A stretch of DNA of 64,000 nt from Nanobdellota archaeon (GTDB lineage: Archaea > Nanobdellota > Nanobdellia > Pacearchaeales > GW2011-AR1): contig JBBSWO010000001.1 of NCBI GenBank assembly GCA_038046245.1, positions 76,761 to 140,760 of the forward strand, given 5' to 3'. Each line of letters starts with the position of its first letter. Position 1 is the stretch's first letter. The notes below the pieces were generated by a model that did not search any database, was not told where the DNA came from, and was given only the letters and a program-made list of their open reading frames with translations. Below, one piece after another: positions 47,622 to 56,402 of this stretch. The translations under genes and the position numbers were made by a program.

Positions 47622-49971
47622 TTTTATTTATCTCCACAAATTTAACATCAAAATCCCCGGTTTTTATATCCTTTGCATTTGTAACCGCTTTTATATCTTC
47701 CAAAACATAAGATAAAACCTTATTATATTGTTCAGGCAGAGTCAAGATTATCTCCGCATTCATTGGTTTCTTAGCCAAAGTTTTCTCCTGCCTGACTTTG
47801 GAAATGACTTCAATAATCCCATTCCACAAAACTTTTTCATACTTAGCACTGTGCAATTCATCAACAAAAACCTCAGGCCATTTAGAGATATGTATGCTTT
47901 TGTCTTTTTCCAGTTTCTTGAAATGGGCCTGATAAATTTCTTCAGCAATGAAAGGAGTTATTGGAGAGATTAGTTTTAAGAGAGTCAACAAAGAGGCATA
48001 AAGAGTATACTGGGCCGAAACTTTCTCATCTCCGCTTCCTTGATAAACTCTTTTTTTGACTATTTCCAGATAATTATCACAAAACATTTTCCAGAAGAAA
48101 GTTTCAATTTCAGACTTAGCTTTTGCATATTCATATTCAGAAAATGCTTCTGTTGCTTTATTCACCATCTCAAAAAGCTTGTCTAAAAATATTTTATCAA
48201 CAGCCTGCAATTGTTTTGGCTTTTCTTTCTTGTATCCTTTTAAGTTCATGAAAACAAAATTAGACGCATTCAACAATTTTGTGACGAATCTTTTTCCAGA
48301 GACCAATTCATTTTCCTGATAGTCAACATCCTCGCCAAGATTAGAGCCTGCAGCCCAAAATCTCAAGGCATCGGCACCATATTGGGACAAAACTTGACTA
48401 GGGTCAACAACATTGCCTTTGCTTTTTGACATCTTCTCGCCTTTTAATGTCACAAATCCAGAAATCATTACGTCATTCCAGGGAACTTCTTTGGAATGAA
48501 GATAAGACTTTACAATAGTGTAAAACGCCCAGGTCCTTATTATGTCATGAGCCTGCGGCCTTAATGAAAGTGGAATATTAACACCTTTTGTCAGCGAAGA
48601 AACAATTTGCGGAGTTAAAGACGAAGTTGCCCAGGTGTCTAAAACTTTTTCCTCCCCCTTAGCATCTTTTTTGCATTTAGGACATTTTTTCTTGTCCTGC
48701 AAAGGATCGACAGGCAATTCTTTTTCCTCAGCTAAAATAATTTCATTGCAGTTCCCGCATCTCCAGACCGGAATAGGGACTCCAAAATGCCTGTTCCTTG
48801 AAATATTCCAATCCCACTCCAAACCATTAACCCAATTTTCATATCTTTTGAACATATATTCCGGGTGCCAATTGATTTTTTTCCCTTGCCCAACAAGTTC
48901 CTTTTTTTTGTCTAAAATTTTTATGAACCACTGTTCAGTTGGAAGAAACTCGATCTCTGTTCCGCATTTATCATGAACATTGACAACATGGGAAATTTGT
49001 TTCTGCTCTTTAATTAAATTTTTAGCGCTTAAGTCCTCAAGAATCTTTTTTCTTGCCTCTTTTATTTTCATTCCTTTATACAAGTCCAAAATCAAAGTCC
49101 CATCTTTATTAAAGATAATCCTAGGATTTAATTTATATCTGTTAATTGCCTCAACATCATACTTATCCCCATAACTGCATATCATCATAGCCCCGGTTCC
49201 TTTCTTCATTTCAGCAGATTCATCTCCGATAATGGGAATCTCATAATTAAATATAGGAACAGCAGCATTTTTTCCAATTATTTTTTTGTATCTTTTGTCT
49301 TTAGGATTGACAAAGATTGCAACACACGCCCCAATCAGTTCTGGCCTTGTTGTGGCAATAAAAAGATCTTTTTCCTCACATCCAAACTTGATTGCAGAAA
49401 ACAAACTAGGTAGTTCTTTGTCTTCAAGTTCTGCCTGTGCAATAGAGGTTTGACACTCTGGACACCACAAGGTCGGAAACTCTTTTACATAAACATGTCC
49501 GTTTTTATACAAATCAATAAACGATTTTTGTGAAATCTTCCTAGAATTATCATCTATAGTAGAATAGCAAGTTCCATAATCTGCAGAAACCCCAAGATTT
49601 TTCCAATCCTGTATAAAAGAAGGAGTTATTTCTTTTATCGTTTTAATGCAAAGTTCGATGAACTTTGATCGTTGCATCTCCTTGCTTTTGACATTTTTGA
49701 GCTTTTCAACAAGCCTTTCTGTTGGTAATCCATTGTCATCTGTTCCAAAAGGATAAAAAACACTGCCTTCAAACATTCTCCTGAACCTTATGACAAAATC
49801 CTGTTGTGAATAAGAGAAAGCATGCCCTATGTGCATTGCTCCAGAAACAGTTGGTGGGGGTATGTCAACTGAAAAAAACTTTTTGCTTTTAACATCAAAC
49901 TTGTAAACTTTTTCTTTTTCCCAAAACTTGAGCCATTTTGCTTCAACTTCCTTGAAATTGTACTCTACCAT
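47599..49971 (-). CDS. valS: Valyl-tRNA synthetase
   Basis: HIGHAFSY (HIGH) and KMSKSKGN (KMSKS), an editing-domain insert, about 790 aa. ATG at 49971 preferred over GTG at 49986. Confidence 0.85.
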   Translation of the reverse strand: MVEYNFKEVEAKWLKFWEKEKVYKFDVKSKKFFSVDIPPPTVSGAMHIGHAFSYSQQDFVIRFRRMFEGSVFYPFGTDDNGLPTERLVEKLKNVKSKEMQRSKFIELCIKTIKEITPSFIQDWKNLGVSADYGTCYSTIDDNSRKISQKSFIDLYKNGHVYVKEFPTLWCPECQTSIAQAELEDKELPSLFSAIKFGCEEKDLFIATTRPELIGACVAIFVNPKDKRYKKIIGKNAAVPIFNYEIPIIGDESAEMKKGTGAMMICSYGDKYDVEAINRYKLNPRIIFNKDGTLILDLYKGMKIKEARKKILEDLSAKNLIKEQKQISHVVNVHDKCGTEIEFLPTEQWFIKILDKKKELVGQGKKINWHPEYMFKRYENWVNGLEWDWNISRNRHFGVPIPVWRCGNCNEIILAEEKELPVDPLQDKKKCPKCKKDAKGEEKVLDTWATSSLTPQIVSSLTKGVNIPLSLRPQAHDIIRTWAFYTIVKSYLHSKEVPWNDVMISGFVTLKGEKMSKSKGNVVDPSQVLSQYGADALRFWAAGSNLGEDVDYQENELVSGKRFVTKLLNASNFVFMNLKGYKKEKPKQLQAVDKIFLDKLFEMVNKATEAFSEYEYAKAKSEIETFFWKMFCDNYLEIVKKRVYQGSGDEKVSAQYTLYASLLTLLKLISPITPFIAEEIYQAHFKKLEKDKSIHISKWPEVFVDELHSAKYEKVLWNGIIEVISKVRQEKTLAKKPMNAEIILTLPEQYNKVLSYVLEDIKAVTNAKDIKTGDFDVKFVEINKSENTNKK

Positions 49972-50022
49972 GTAATCTAAAACCACAATAACTTTTAAAA
50001 ACTATCTGTATATTATTAACCT

Positions 50023-50181
50023 ATGGCAGATTCAAGCATACAGATGCCCTCCGGAATGGGCGGATTGATGAGATACAGCGAAGAGTATGAAACAAAATTT
50101 GCTCTAAAACCCGCACATGTAATAGGTTTCATAATACTTGTAATCGTGTTTAGAATAGGATTGTCTTTGTTCTTGAAGTAA
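50023..50181 (+). CDS. secG: Preprotein translocase subunit Sec61beta (52 aa, below ORF-track cutoff)
   Basis: MADSSIQMPSGMGGLMRYSEEYETKFALKPAHVIGFIILVIVFRIGLSLFLK. GLMRY..E...K..P..V motif plus a C-terminal TM, as in archaeal Sec-beta. Confidence 0.75.
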   Translation: MADSSIQMPSGMGGLMRYSEEYETKFALKPAHVIGFIILVIVFRIGLSLFLK

Positions 50182-50219
50182 ACAGAAAACCATAAAAACC
50201 TCTTTTTCTTCTCAAAAAA

Positions 50220-50555
50220 ATGTTCGGACTCGGTGGAGGTTTAGACCCAAAAAAAATGCAGGCTATGATGAAGCAGATGGGAATTGCCCAAAAAGAGATA
50301 GATGCTTCTAAAGTTATCATAGAAAAAAACGATGGAGATAAAATAATAATTGAAAACCCTTCTGTCACAAAAATAACAATGCAGGGCCAGGATTCTTTTC
50401 AGATTTCAGGCAACACAAGGGAAGAAGCAGGAAGTTTGATTTCAGAGTCGGATATTAAAACAGTCATGGAAAAAACAGGCTGCACAAAAAAGCAGGCAGT
50501 TGAAACTCTTGAAAAAACAGGTGATTTGGCAGAGGCTATTCTAGAGTTGAGTTGA
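50220..50555 (+). CDS. nac: Nascent polypeptide-associated complex protein (NAC domain + UBA)
   Basis: 111 aa. MQAMMKQMGI, a NAC beta-barrel region, and a C-terminal UBA-like TGCTKKQAVETLEKTGDLAEAI. Confidence 0.85.
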   Translation: MFGLGGGLDPKKMQAMMKQMGIAQKEIDASKVIIEKNDGDKIIIENPSVTKITMQGQDSFQISGNTREEAGSLISESDIKTVMEKTGCTKKQAVETLEKTGDLAEAILELS

Positions 50556-50628
50556 AAATAAACCTTATTAAAAATCACCAAAATCCATATTAATTCTAAA
50601 AACATTTAATTTTCGGTTGAAAAGAAAA

Positions 50629-51099
50629 ATGGCAGAAAAATTCGTAGAATACTTGGAAGAAGCCGAAAGGATAATCAAAGCTTCAGACCACATGGTGTAT
50701 GTGACCTTCCCGATAATAAAAGATAACAAGCTCTTAGTGGGCATTCTGCTTGAAATAAGAAAAGCTCTTGTAAACTGTATAAACTCAATATTACAATACG
50801 AGCACATAAACAAAAGAATAACTCTCACAAAAGATTCTTTGACAAATTTCAAGCTATTTTCAGAAGAATGTTCAAAAAGATTTGGGATAACAGAAAATGA
50901 AATAAAAGTAATGATGGAATTGTTTGATCTTTTGGAAAAGCACAAGCAAAGTCCGTTTGAATTCACAAGAGGTGACAAAATGATAATTCTTTCTGACAAT
51001 CTTAAGCATGATACAATCTCGATTGACAGGACAAAACAGTTTTTGCTGCTTTCAAAAAGTATTTTGATGAAGATAAAAAGCAGGATAGTTGAAAAATAG
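50629..51099 (+). CDS. Hypothetical helical protein, paralog A
   Basis: 156 aa from ATG 50629. Shares A(S)DH(M/L)xYV(T/S) and overall helical pattern with 51183..51629. Confidence 0.45.
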   Translation: MAEKFVEYLEEAERIIKASDHMVYVTFPIIKDNKLLVGILLEIRKALVNCINSILQYEHINKRITLTKDSLTNFKLFSEECSKRFGITENEIKVMMELFDLLEKHKQSPFEFTRGDKMIILSDNLKHDTISIDRTKQFLLLSKSILMKIKSRIVEK

Positions 51100-51182
51100 T
51101 GAAGAAAAGTATAAAAAGCCCGAATTCTTTAGTGATTATACTTCTAATCGTTTGGAAAAACAAATGAAAAAGAGCAGCAAGT

Positions 51183-51629
51183 ATGGAAGAAATAATTCAA
51201 GAGAAAATAAGCGCGGACCATCTTTTATATGTAAGTTTGAAATACACAAAAACCTGTGATGTCATAATGAATCTTCTTATAAGATGGAAAGCGATGCTTG
51301 ATCTGGTTATTGATCGTGTTCTACAACATGCCAAGGCTAAGAAAAAAATCCCTTCTGTACCGACAAATCCTGTAAGCAAATTAGAGACAATAAAAAAGCT
51401 CTTTAAGAAAGATCAAAATTTCCTTGACGTTTTAGAGATGTACGAAATGTTCAAAAAGATAAAGGAGCTGAAAACAGAAAGGATAGGCGAATTCAGAAAA
51501 AACGTGACACTGAAGGTCTTTTATAAAGGAAAAGAGACAGATATCAATCTTGAAAAACTCAAAGAATATGCCGAAAAGGTAGAAAAATTTATAAGTACAA
51601 CAAAGCAATTTCTTCTATCAAAGGGTTAA
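51183..51629 (+). CDS. Hypothetical helical protein, paralog B
   Basis: 148 aa. Aligns by eye with the preceding gene (ISADHLLYVSLKY vs IKASDHMVYVTFPI; both end ..TKQFLL(L)SK). Confidence 0.45.
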   Translation: MEEIIQEKISADHLLYVSLKYTKTCDVIMNLLIRWKAMLDLVIDRVLQHAKAKKKIPSVPTNPVSKLETIKKLFKKDQNFLDVLEMYEMFKKIKELKTERIGEFRKNVTLKVFYKGKETDINLEKLKEYAEKVEKFISTTKQFLLSKG

Positions 51630-51652
51630 ATAACACCCTATTTTAAAACAAA

Positions 51653-52429
51653 ATGTCTAGACTAATCGTTATAACATCTGGAAAAGGAGGAGTTGGAAAA
51701 ACAACCACTGCCATAAACTTGGGAGCAGCCTTAAACTATTTTGGCGAGGATGTTCTTGTCATTGATGCAAATCTCTCAACCCCAAATATCGGAGTACACT
51801 TAAATTCTCCAGAAGTTCCTGTTGACCTAAACAAAGTCTTGCAGGATAAAGCAAGACCGATAGAAGCTGTTTACAGGCATGAGTCTGGAATGAAAATTAT
51901 GCCTTCTTCACTCTCAATGAAAGAGCTGAGAAAAATAAAGCCTGAAAAATTAAAAACATTGAAAGGTGAGTTCAAAAGACTTTCTGATTACATAATAGTC
52001 GATTGTGCTGCCGGACTTGGACACGAAGCCACAGGAGTTATAGAGATGGCAGATGAAATCATAATTGTAACAAACCCCGAACTTCCAGCAATAACGGATG
52101 CGTTAAAGGCAGTCAAGCTTGCTGAAGAACTAAAAAAACCAGTGATAGGAGTCATAGTCACAAGAGTTAGAAAAGACGACCTAGAGATGCAGCCAGACAA
52201 TGTCAAAGAAATGCTAGAGGTTCCTATTCTTGGGATGGTCCCAGAACATAAGGATATCAAGAGAGCGTTAAATTTGAGAGACGCCGTAGTTCACACTCAC
52301 CCAAAAAGCATTCCAGCAAGAGCATATAAGGAAATTGCAGCAAGAATTTTAAATATAGACTATGACTCTGATGCAGACAAGGAAAAAGTCTACGAATTTA
52401 TTCTGAGAAAGTTGGGTTTGAAAAAATGA
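51653..52429 (+). CDS. minD: MinD/ParA-family ATPase (archaeal MinD-like)
   Basis: Deviant Walker A SGKGGVGKTT, VIDAN, and IIVDCAAG Walker B. 258 aa. Confidence 0.85.
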   Translation: MSRLIVITSGKGGVGKTTTAINLGAALNYFGEDVLVIDANLSTPNIGVHLNSPEVPVDLNKVLQDKARPIEAVYRHESGMKIMPSSLSMKELRKIKPEKLKTLKGEFKRLSDYIIVDCAAGLGHEATGVIEMADEIIIVTNPELPAITDALKAVKLAEELKKPVIGVIVTRVRKDDLEMQPDNVKEMLEVPILGMVPEHKDIKRALNLRDAVVHTHPKSIPARAYKEIAARILNIDYDSDADKEKVYEFILRKLGLKK

Positions 52430-52728
52430 GATTAATCTACCTTCCCAAAAACGAAGAAGAAAAAATAGGGAACATACTCAAAACTTCTGACAAAGTCCGC
52501 ACAATAATAATTGCTTCTGAGTATGGGAAGTACAAGAAAGGGGATTATGTCAAGACTCTTGGTGGAGAAAGATTAGTTGTTTCTGACGCAAAAATAATGA
52601 AAAATCTCCAGGAATTTAAAAACGATTTTGTTCGTTATCCTGAATTAAAAGACACAAATTTAGATGAAATAAAACAGGCCTTCACCCATAAAAAAGTTGA
52701 GATAATTGAGTTGAGGAAATATAGATAA
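52426..52728 (+). CDS. Hypothetical small protein translationally coupled to minD (possibly ASCH/PUA-like)
   Basis: 100 aa. ATGA overlap with the minD stop. The KKGDYV...ERLVVSDAKI pattern is weakly ASCH-like. Confidence 0.4.
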   Translation: MRLIYLPKNEEEKIGNILKTSDKVRTIIIASEYGKYKKGDYVKTLGGERLVVSDAKIMKNLQEFKNDFVRYPELKDTNLDEIKQAFTHKKVEIIELRKYR

Positions 52729-54480
52729 TCAACCAACCTTGCTTCCCGTTTCAATATCCTTCTCAACAGTCAAAAGAATTACTTTCCCATGGTTTGATGT
52801 TGAAGCAGCCAACAACATTCCTTGGCTCTCAATGCCTTTTATCTTTCTCGGCTCAAGGTTTGCAAAGACAATTATCTTTTTATTTTTTAATTCATCCTTT
52901 GAATAATAAGGTTTTATTCCAGCGCAGATAGTTCTCTTTCCAATTTCTTTTCCGACATCCAAACTTAATCTGTAAAGCTTATCAGCCCCCTCGATATCTT
53001 CAGCCTTCAGGATTTTTGCAACTCTCAAATCAAGTTTTTCCCATTCTGAAAACGAAACGTTTGTCATTACACCCTCAATCTTTTCTTCTTTAATAACTTT
53101 TTCTTCAACTTCTATTTTCCTGAATAATATCTCGCTCTTGATTATTTTAGGCTTTGAAAAACATTCCTTTATTTTTTCGCTAGAAGAAGGAATAAACGGC
53201 CAAAGCAAATCAGCAATTTTTAGAATAGACTCCTTCAATTCAAAAAGAATTTTTTTATCGTTGGTTTCCCAAGGCTTTTTGTCCTGCACATACTGATTGC
53301 ATACGTCAACAAATGAAAAAATCTCGTTCAAGGCTTTATCAAATTCAAATCTCTCCATTAACCCATTTATTTTTTTCTCATTAAGTTTTTTTATCAAAGA
53401 GTTTTGAGTTTTTACAACACCATTTTTTTCTATCAAGCCAGAAACCCTTGAGACTAAATTCCCAAGTTTGTTTGCCAGCTCGTTATTGTTTCTCTCTATC
53501 AAAATCTCTTCAGAATAATCAGAATCTTCAAAAACAGAACACCTGAAAAGGGAGTATCTAACAGAATCCACCCCGTATTTCTCAATCAGTTCCAAAGGAT
53601 CGATGACATTCCCTAGGCTTTTACTTATCTTTTGTCCCTTAAGATTGAGATACCCATGAACGAGCAGAGTTTTAGGCAATTTATATCCTGCAGAAATTAA
53701 TATCGCTGGCCATATGACAGAATGAAACCAGTTTATCCCTTTCCCCACAATGTGGACATCGGCTGGCCAGTTACCATTAGCGCCGGAAATATAATTTATA
53801 AGAGCATCAAACCAAACATAAATCTTGTATTTTTTGTCAATCGGAGAATCAATTCCCCAATCCAAATTCTTTCTTGACACACAAAGGTCTCTAAGCTCTT
53901 CATTCTTTAATCTTGACAGAATCTCATTCCTTTTTGATTCTGGAACAATGTAATTTTTAACAAATTCAACCAGTTTATTCTTGTATTTGCTCAACTTAAA
54001 AAAATAAGCTTCTTCAGAAATCCATTCCGGTTTTGTATGATGTTCAGGGCATGATCCATTGACAAGATTTTTTTCAGTTTTGAATTCTTCGCATCCAACA
54101 CAATACCATCCTTCGTAAGCCCCTTTGTAGATTTCTCCCTTTTCATAAACTTTTTTGAAAATTTCTTTTGCAGTCCTCGTGTGTCTTTCTTCCGTTGTTC
54201 TGATAAAATCATCGTTAGAAATATTTAATTTTTCACAGAGTTCAATAAAGATTTTAGAGTTTGCATCAACAAATTTTTTTACAGGTATCCCTTTTTCCTT
54301 CGCAACTTGCGCATTTTTCTGAGCATTTTCATCCGTTCCCGTCAAAAACCAAGTCTTGACATTTTTTTGTCTTTTCCATCTTGCTAAGGCATCAGCTATA
54401 ACTTTCTCGAATGCATGCCCTATATGGGGCCTAGCATTTACATAATCAATAGCTGTTGTAATGTAAAATTTCTTAACCAT
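52729..54480 (-). CDS. metG: Methionyl-tRNA synthetase with C-terminal Trbp111/EMAPII-like tRNA-binding domain
   Basis: HIGHAFE (HIGH), KISKSLGN (KMSKS), a CxxC...CPEH zinc knuckle, and a C-terminal OB domain (LDLRVAKILKAE...). Confidence 0.9.
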   Translation of the reverse strand: MVKKFYITTAIDYVNARPHIGHAFEKVIADALARWKRQKNVKTWFLTGTDENAQKNAQVAKEKGIPVKKFVDANSKIFIELCEKLNISNDDFIRTTEERHTRTAKEIFKKVYEKGEIYKGAYEGWYCVGCEEFKTEKNLVNGSCPEHHTKPEWISEEAYFFKLSKYKNKLVEFVKNYIVPESKRNEILSRLKNEELRDLCVSRKNLDWGIDSPIDKKYKIYVWFDALINYISGANGNWPADVHIVGKGINWFHSVIWPAILISAGYKLPKTLLVHGYLNLKGQKISKSLGNVIDPLELIEKYGVDSVRYSLFRCSVFEDSDYSEEILIERNNNELANKLGNLVSRVSGLIEKNGVVKTQNSLIKKLNEKKINGLMERFEFDKALNEIFSFVDVCNQYVQDKKPWETNDKKILFELKESILKIADLLWPFIPSSSEKIKECFSKPKIIKSEILFRKIEVEEKVIKEEKIEGVMTNVSFSEWEKLDLRVAKILKAEDIEGADKLYRLSLDVGKEIGKRTICAGIKPYYSKDELKNKKIIVFANLEPRKIKGIESQGMLLAASTSNHGKVILLTVEKDIETGSKVG

Positions 54481-54510
54481 AAAGAACCAACAAAATAAGA
54501 ATATAAAAAC

Positions 54511-54810
54511 TTAATCCTTAATTTTTTTCCATTCCCAAAGCATAACAAAACAAAATATAATGTCAAGCGCTAGAATGAATGTTTCTAAGGGAACTGATCC
54601 TATTTTAAGTCCTAACAAGTATCTAGAAGTGTAAACCCAGAATTGCCTGTATAGTGAAATTGTATCAAATAAAAAAGTTAAGATAAATCCTACAAAACAC
54701 GTGAAGGTTAAGGATTTCCATTTTTTTAAAAATCCAGTCTTGAAAATTAGCAATTCGGTAATTAACAATATCGCCAATAATCCAACTGAAATAATAAAAT
54801 ATTCACGCAT
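54511..54810 (-). CDS. Lycopene-cyclase-domain membrane protein (CrtYd-like half)
   Basis: 99 aa, three TM helices. GSVPLETFILAL fits the PxE(E/D) motif of the lycopene cyclase domain. Paralogous to and overlapping the upstream gene. Confidence 0.5.
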   Translation of the reverse strand: MREYFIISVGLLAILLITELLIFKTGFLKKWKSLTFTCFVGFILTFLFDTISLYRQFWVYTSRYLLGLKIGSVPLETFILALDIIFCFVMLWEWKKIKD

Positions 54811-55111
54811 TTTTAAACACCTTTTTTGCCCATTCCCAAATTATAATCGGTCCCAGTGTAATTATAAAGATTACAAAGATAATTTCTTCAGCAGGAAAAA
54901 TCCCTAAATATGCAAGCATAACATTTTTGTTAAATATCCAATGGTGATTTAATATTGCATACAAATCCCAAATTCCAAAAACAATTATACTAACAGCAAA
55001 TAAAAGAAGCAAAGAAGATTTTCTTTTGAAAACCTTTAAATTAAATTTTTTATTTATTAGGTAAAACAATAAAAAAAACAGTATTAACAAGATTAGATAT
55101 TCGCCATTCAT
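54803..55111 (-). CDS. Lycopene-cyclase-domain membrane protein (CrtYc-like half)
   Basis: 102 aa, three TM helices. GIFPAEEIIFVIFI fits the hPxEE motif. Both halves end with ..WEW.KK. Confidence 0.5.
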   Translation of the reverse strand: MNGEYLILLILFFLLFYLINKKFNLKVFKRKSSLLLLFAVSIIVFGIWDLYAILNHHWIFNKNVMLAYLGIFPAEEIIFVIFIITLGPIIIWEWAKKVFKNA

Positions 55112-55156
55112 AATTATTCAAAAATATATTTGTTTATTAAATTTACTAAAAAGAGA

Positions 55157-55227
55157 TGCGCCATGCGGGAATCGAACCCGCATCAGAGCCTTGGGAAGGC
55201 TCCATTCTACCACTAAACTAATGACGC
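55157..55227 (-). tRNA. tRNA-Gly (anticodon CCC)
   Basis: GCGTCAT TA GTTT AGTGGTA GAAT G GAGCC TTCCCAA GGCTC TGAT GCGGG TTCGATT CCCGC ATGGCGC A. 71 nt, no CCA. Confidence 0.9.
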
Positions 55228-55228
55228 T

Positions 55229-56299
55229 TTACCCTGGTGTATAAAGGAAACTAAAATCTTTTTTTCCAAAATGCGTCCAGCAATTTTCATACCCCCTCAG
55301 AATAGTTCTGGCACCAATAATCCGATCCATGTGGGACTTGTTTAAAACATCTAACACAGGTTTGCCGCTTTCGTCTTTCCTTAAAATTAAACTTCTGAGT
55401 CTTAAATCGTCTATAAACTTTACCATCATTTTATCCCTAGGAATCGGAAATGGATTTACTCTAAGCTGGGCCTTTCCTCCAAATTCCCGAACAGAACTCA
55501 TCGCTTCGTAAAAACCAAAAATCGCTGGAGCAGACCAGATGAAAGGTTTAAACTTTCTCTTGTCGTGTTCCAAACCCCTGTAATTTGAGTCTGGATCATT
55601 TGAAGTATGACCAATGTTTATCCAGTCAGAATATTGCCTTGGATCTTCTTTTTCGAAAATTGGTAGGTTGAATAAAGTAAACTCATATTCTTTTCCTTCT
55701 TCTGATCTTGAGCTGACACTAACTCTAAGATTTCTTCCATAAGTTTTTTTGTCCAAAGCCCGGCCTCCAAAATCACCAACATCTTTCATTTGTTTCATCT
55801 CCACACCTGCAACAGACCTTATCCAACTGATAACTCTTGGATGATTATCGCTGCCAATCCAATATAAACCGATAGGAGGATTTTCCACATCAGCATCAGG
55901 ATGATTCAAAGCCTTTTGAGCCAGCAAATATGGCCAGATTTTATGGCTTTCCAAAAACTCTTTTGTGAGCTTATTTGGGGGATATCCACTATAAACAAAA
56001 CTCCTAAGAACTTTCAGTGAGTCCACTTTAAAAAAATCGTCCAAAGATTTTAATCCTTGTTCCGCATCTTTTCTCGAAATATCAAAATCATTTTGAAAAA
56101 GATTAATTTGTCCCGGCTGAACACTTTCAACAGTTTTAATCGCAGATTTGTAAGTAGACCCTGTGGAGGAAAAGATTCCATCATACTCCAGCATTTCCAC
56201 AATTTCTTCAACAGAATAAGATCTAAATCTAGAAGTATCAACACCATGAGCATCAAAAACTTCTTTAACACTAGGTCTCCTGAACGTCCGTTCTCTCAT
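55229..56299 (-). CDS. Hypothetical 356-aa soluble protein, no family recognised
   Basis: Long uninterrupted ORF with ordinary composition. Its stop lies 1 nt from the tRNA-Gly 5' end. Confidence 0.5.
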   Translation of the reverse strand: MRERTFRRPSVKEVFDAHGVDTSRFRSYSVEEIVEMLEYDGIFSSTGSTYKSAIKTVESVQPGQINLFQNDFDISRKDAEQGLKSLDDFFKVDSLKVLRSFVYSGYPPNKLTKEFLESHKIWPYLLAQKALNHPDADVENPPIGLYWIGSDNHPRVISWIRSVAGVEMKQMKDVGDFGGRALDKKTYGRNLRVSVSSRSEEGKEYEFTLFNLPIFEKEDPRQYSDWINIGHTSNDPDSNYRGLEHDKRKFKPFIWSAPAIFGFYEAMSSVREFGGKAQLRVNPFPIPRDKMMVKFIDDLRLRSLILRKDESGKPVLDVLNKSHMDRIIGARTILRGYENCWTHFGKKDFSFLYTPG

Positions 56300-56402
56300 A
56301 AAAATCCAAAATGTCAGAGATTTAAATTATTTTGTATTCTCTGAAATAGTTCACTAGTCAATACTCCAAAAACCTTTTAAAATAGTAAAACGTGTTTTGA
56401 GA

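Noticed and set aside
50568-50999. 143-aa minus-strand ORF
   Set aside because: Antisense to paralog A upstream of minD. The sense ORF has a paralog next door, which supports the plus-strand reading.
52426-52728. Calling the minD-coupled 100-aa ORF an ASCH-domain protein
   Set aside because: The resemblance is limited to a KKGDYV...VV pattern, so it is listed only as hypothetical with a weak note.
55240-55247. TATA-like CCTTTATA upstream of tRNA-Gly
   Set aside because: Only 13-20 nt from the mature 5' end, too close for a canonical archaeal TATA box. The real promoter probably lies further inside the upstream CDS.
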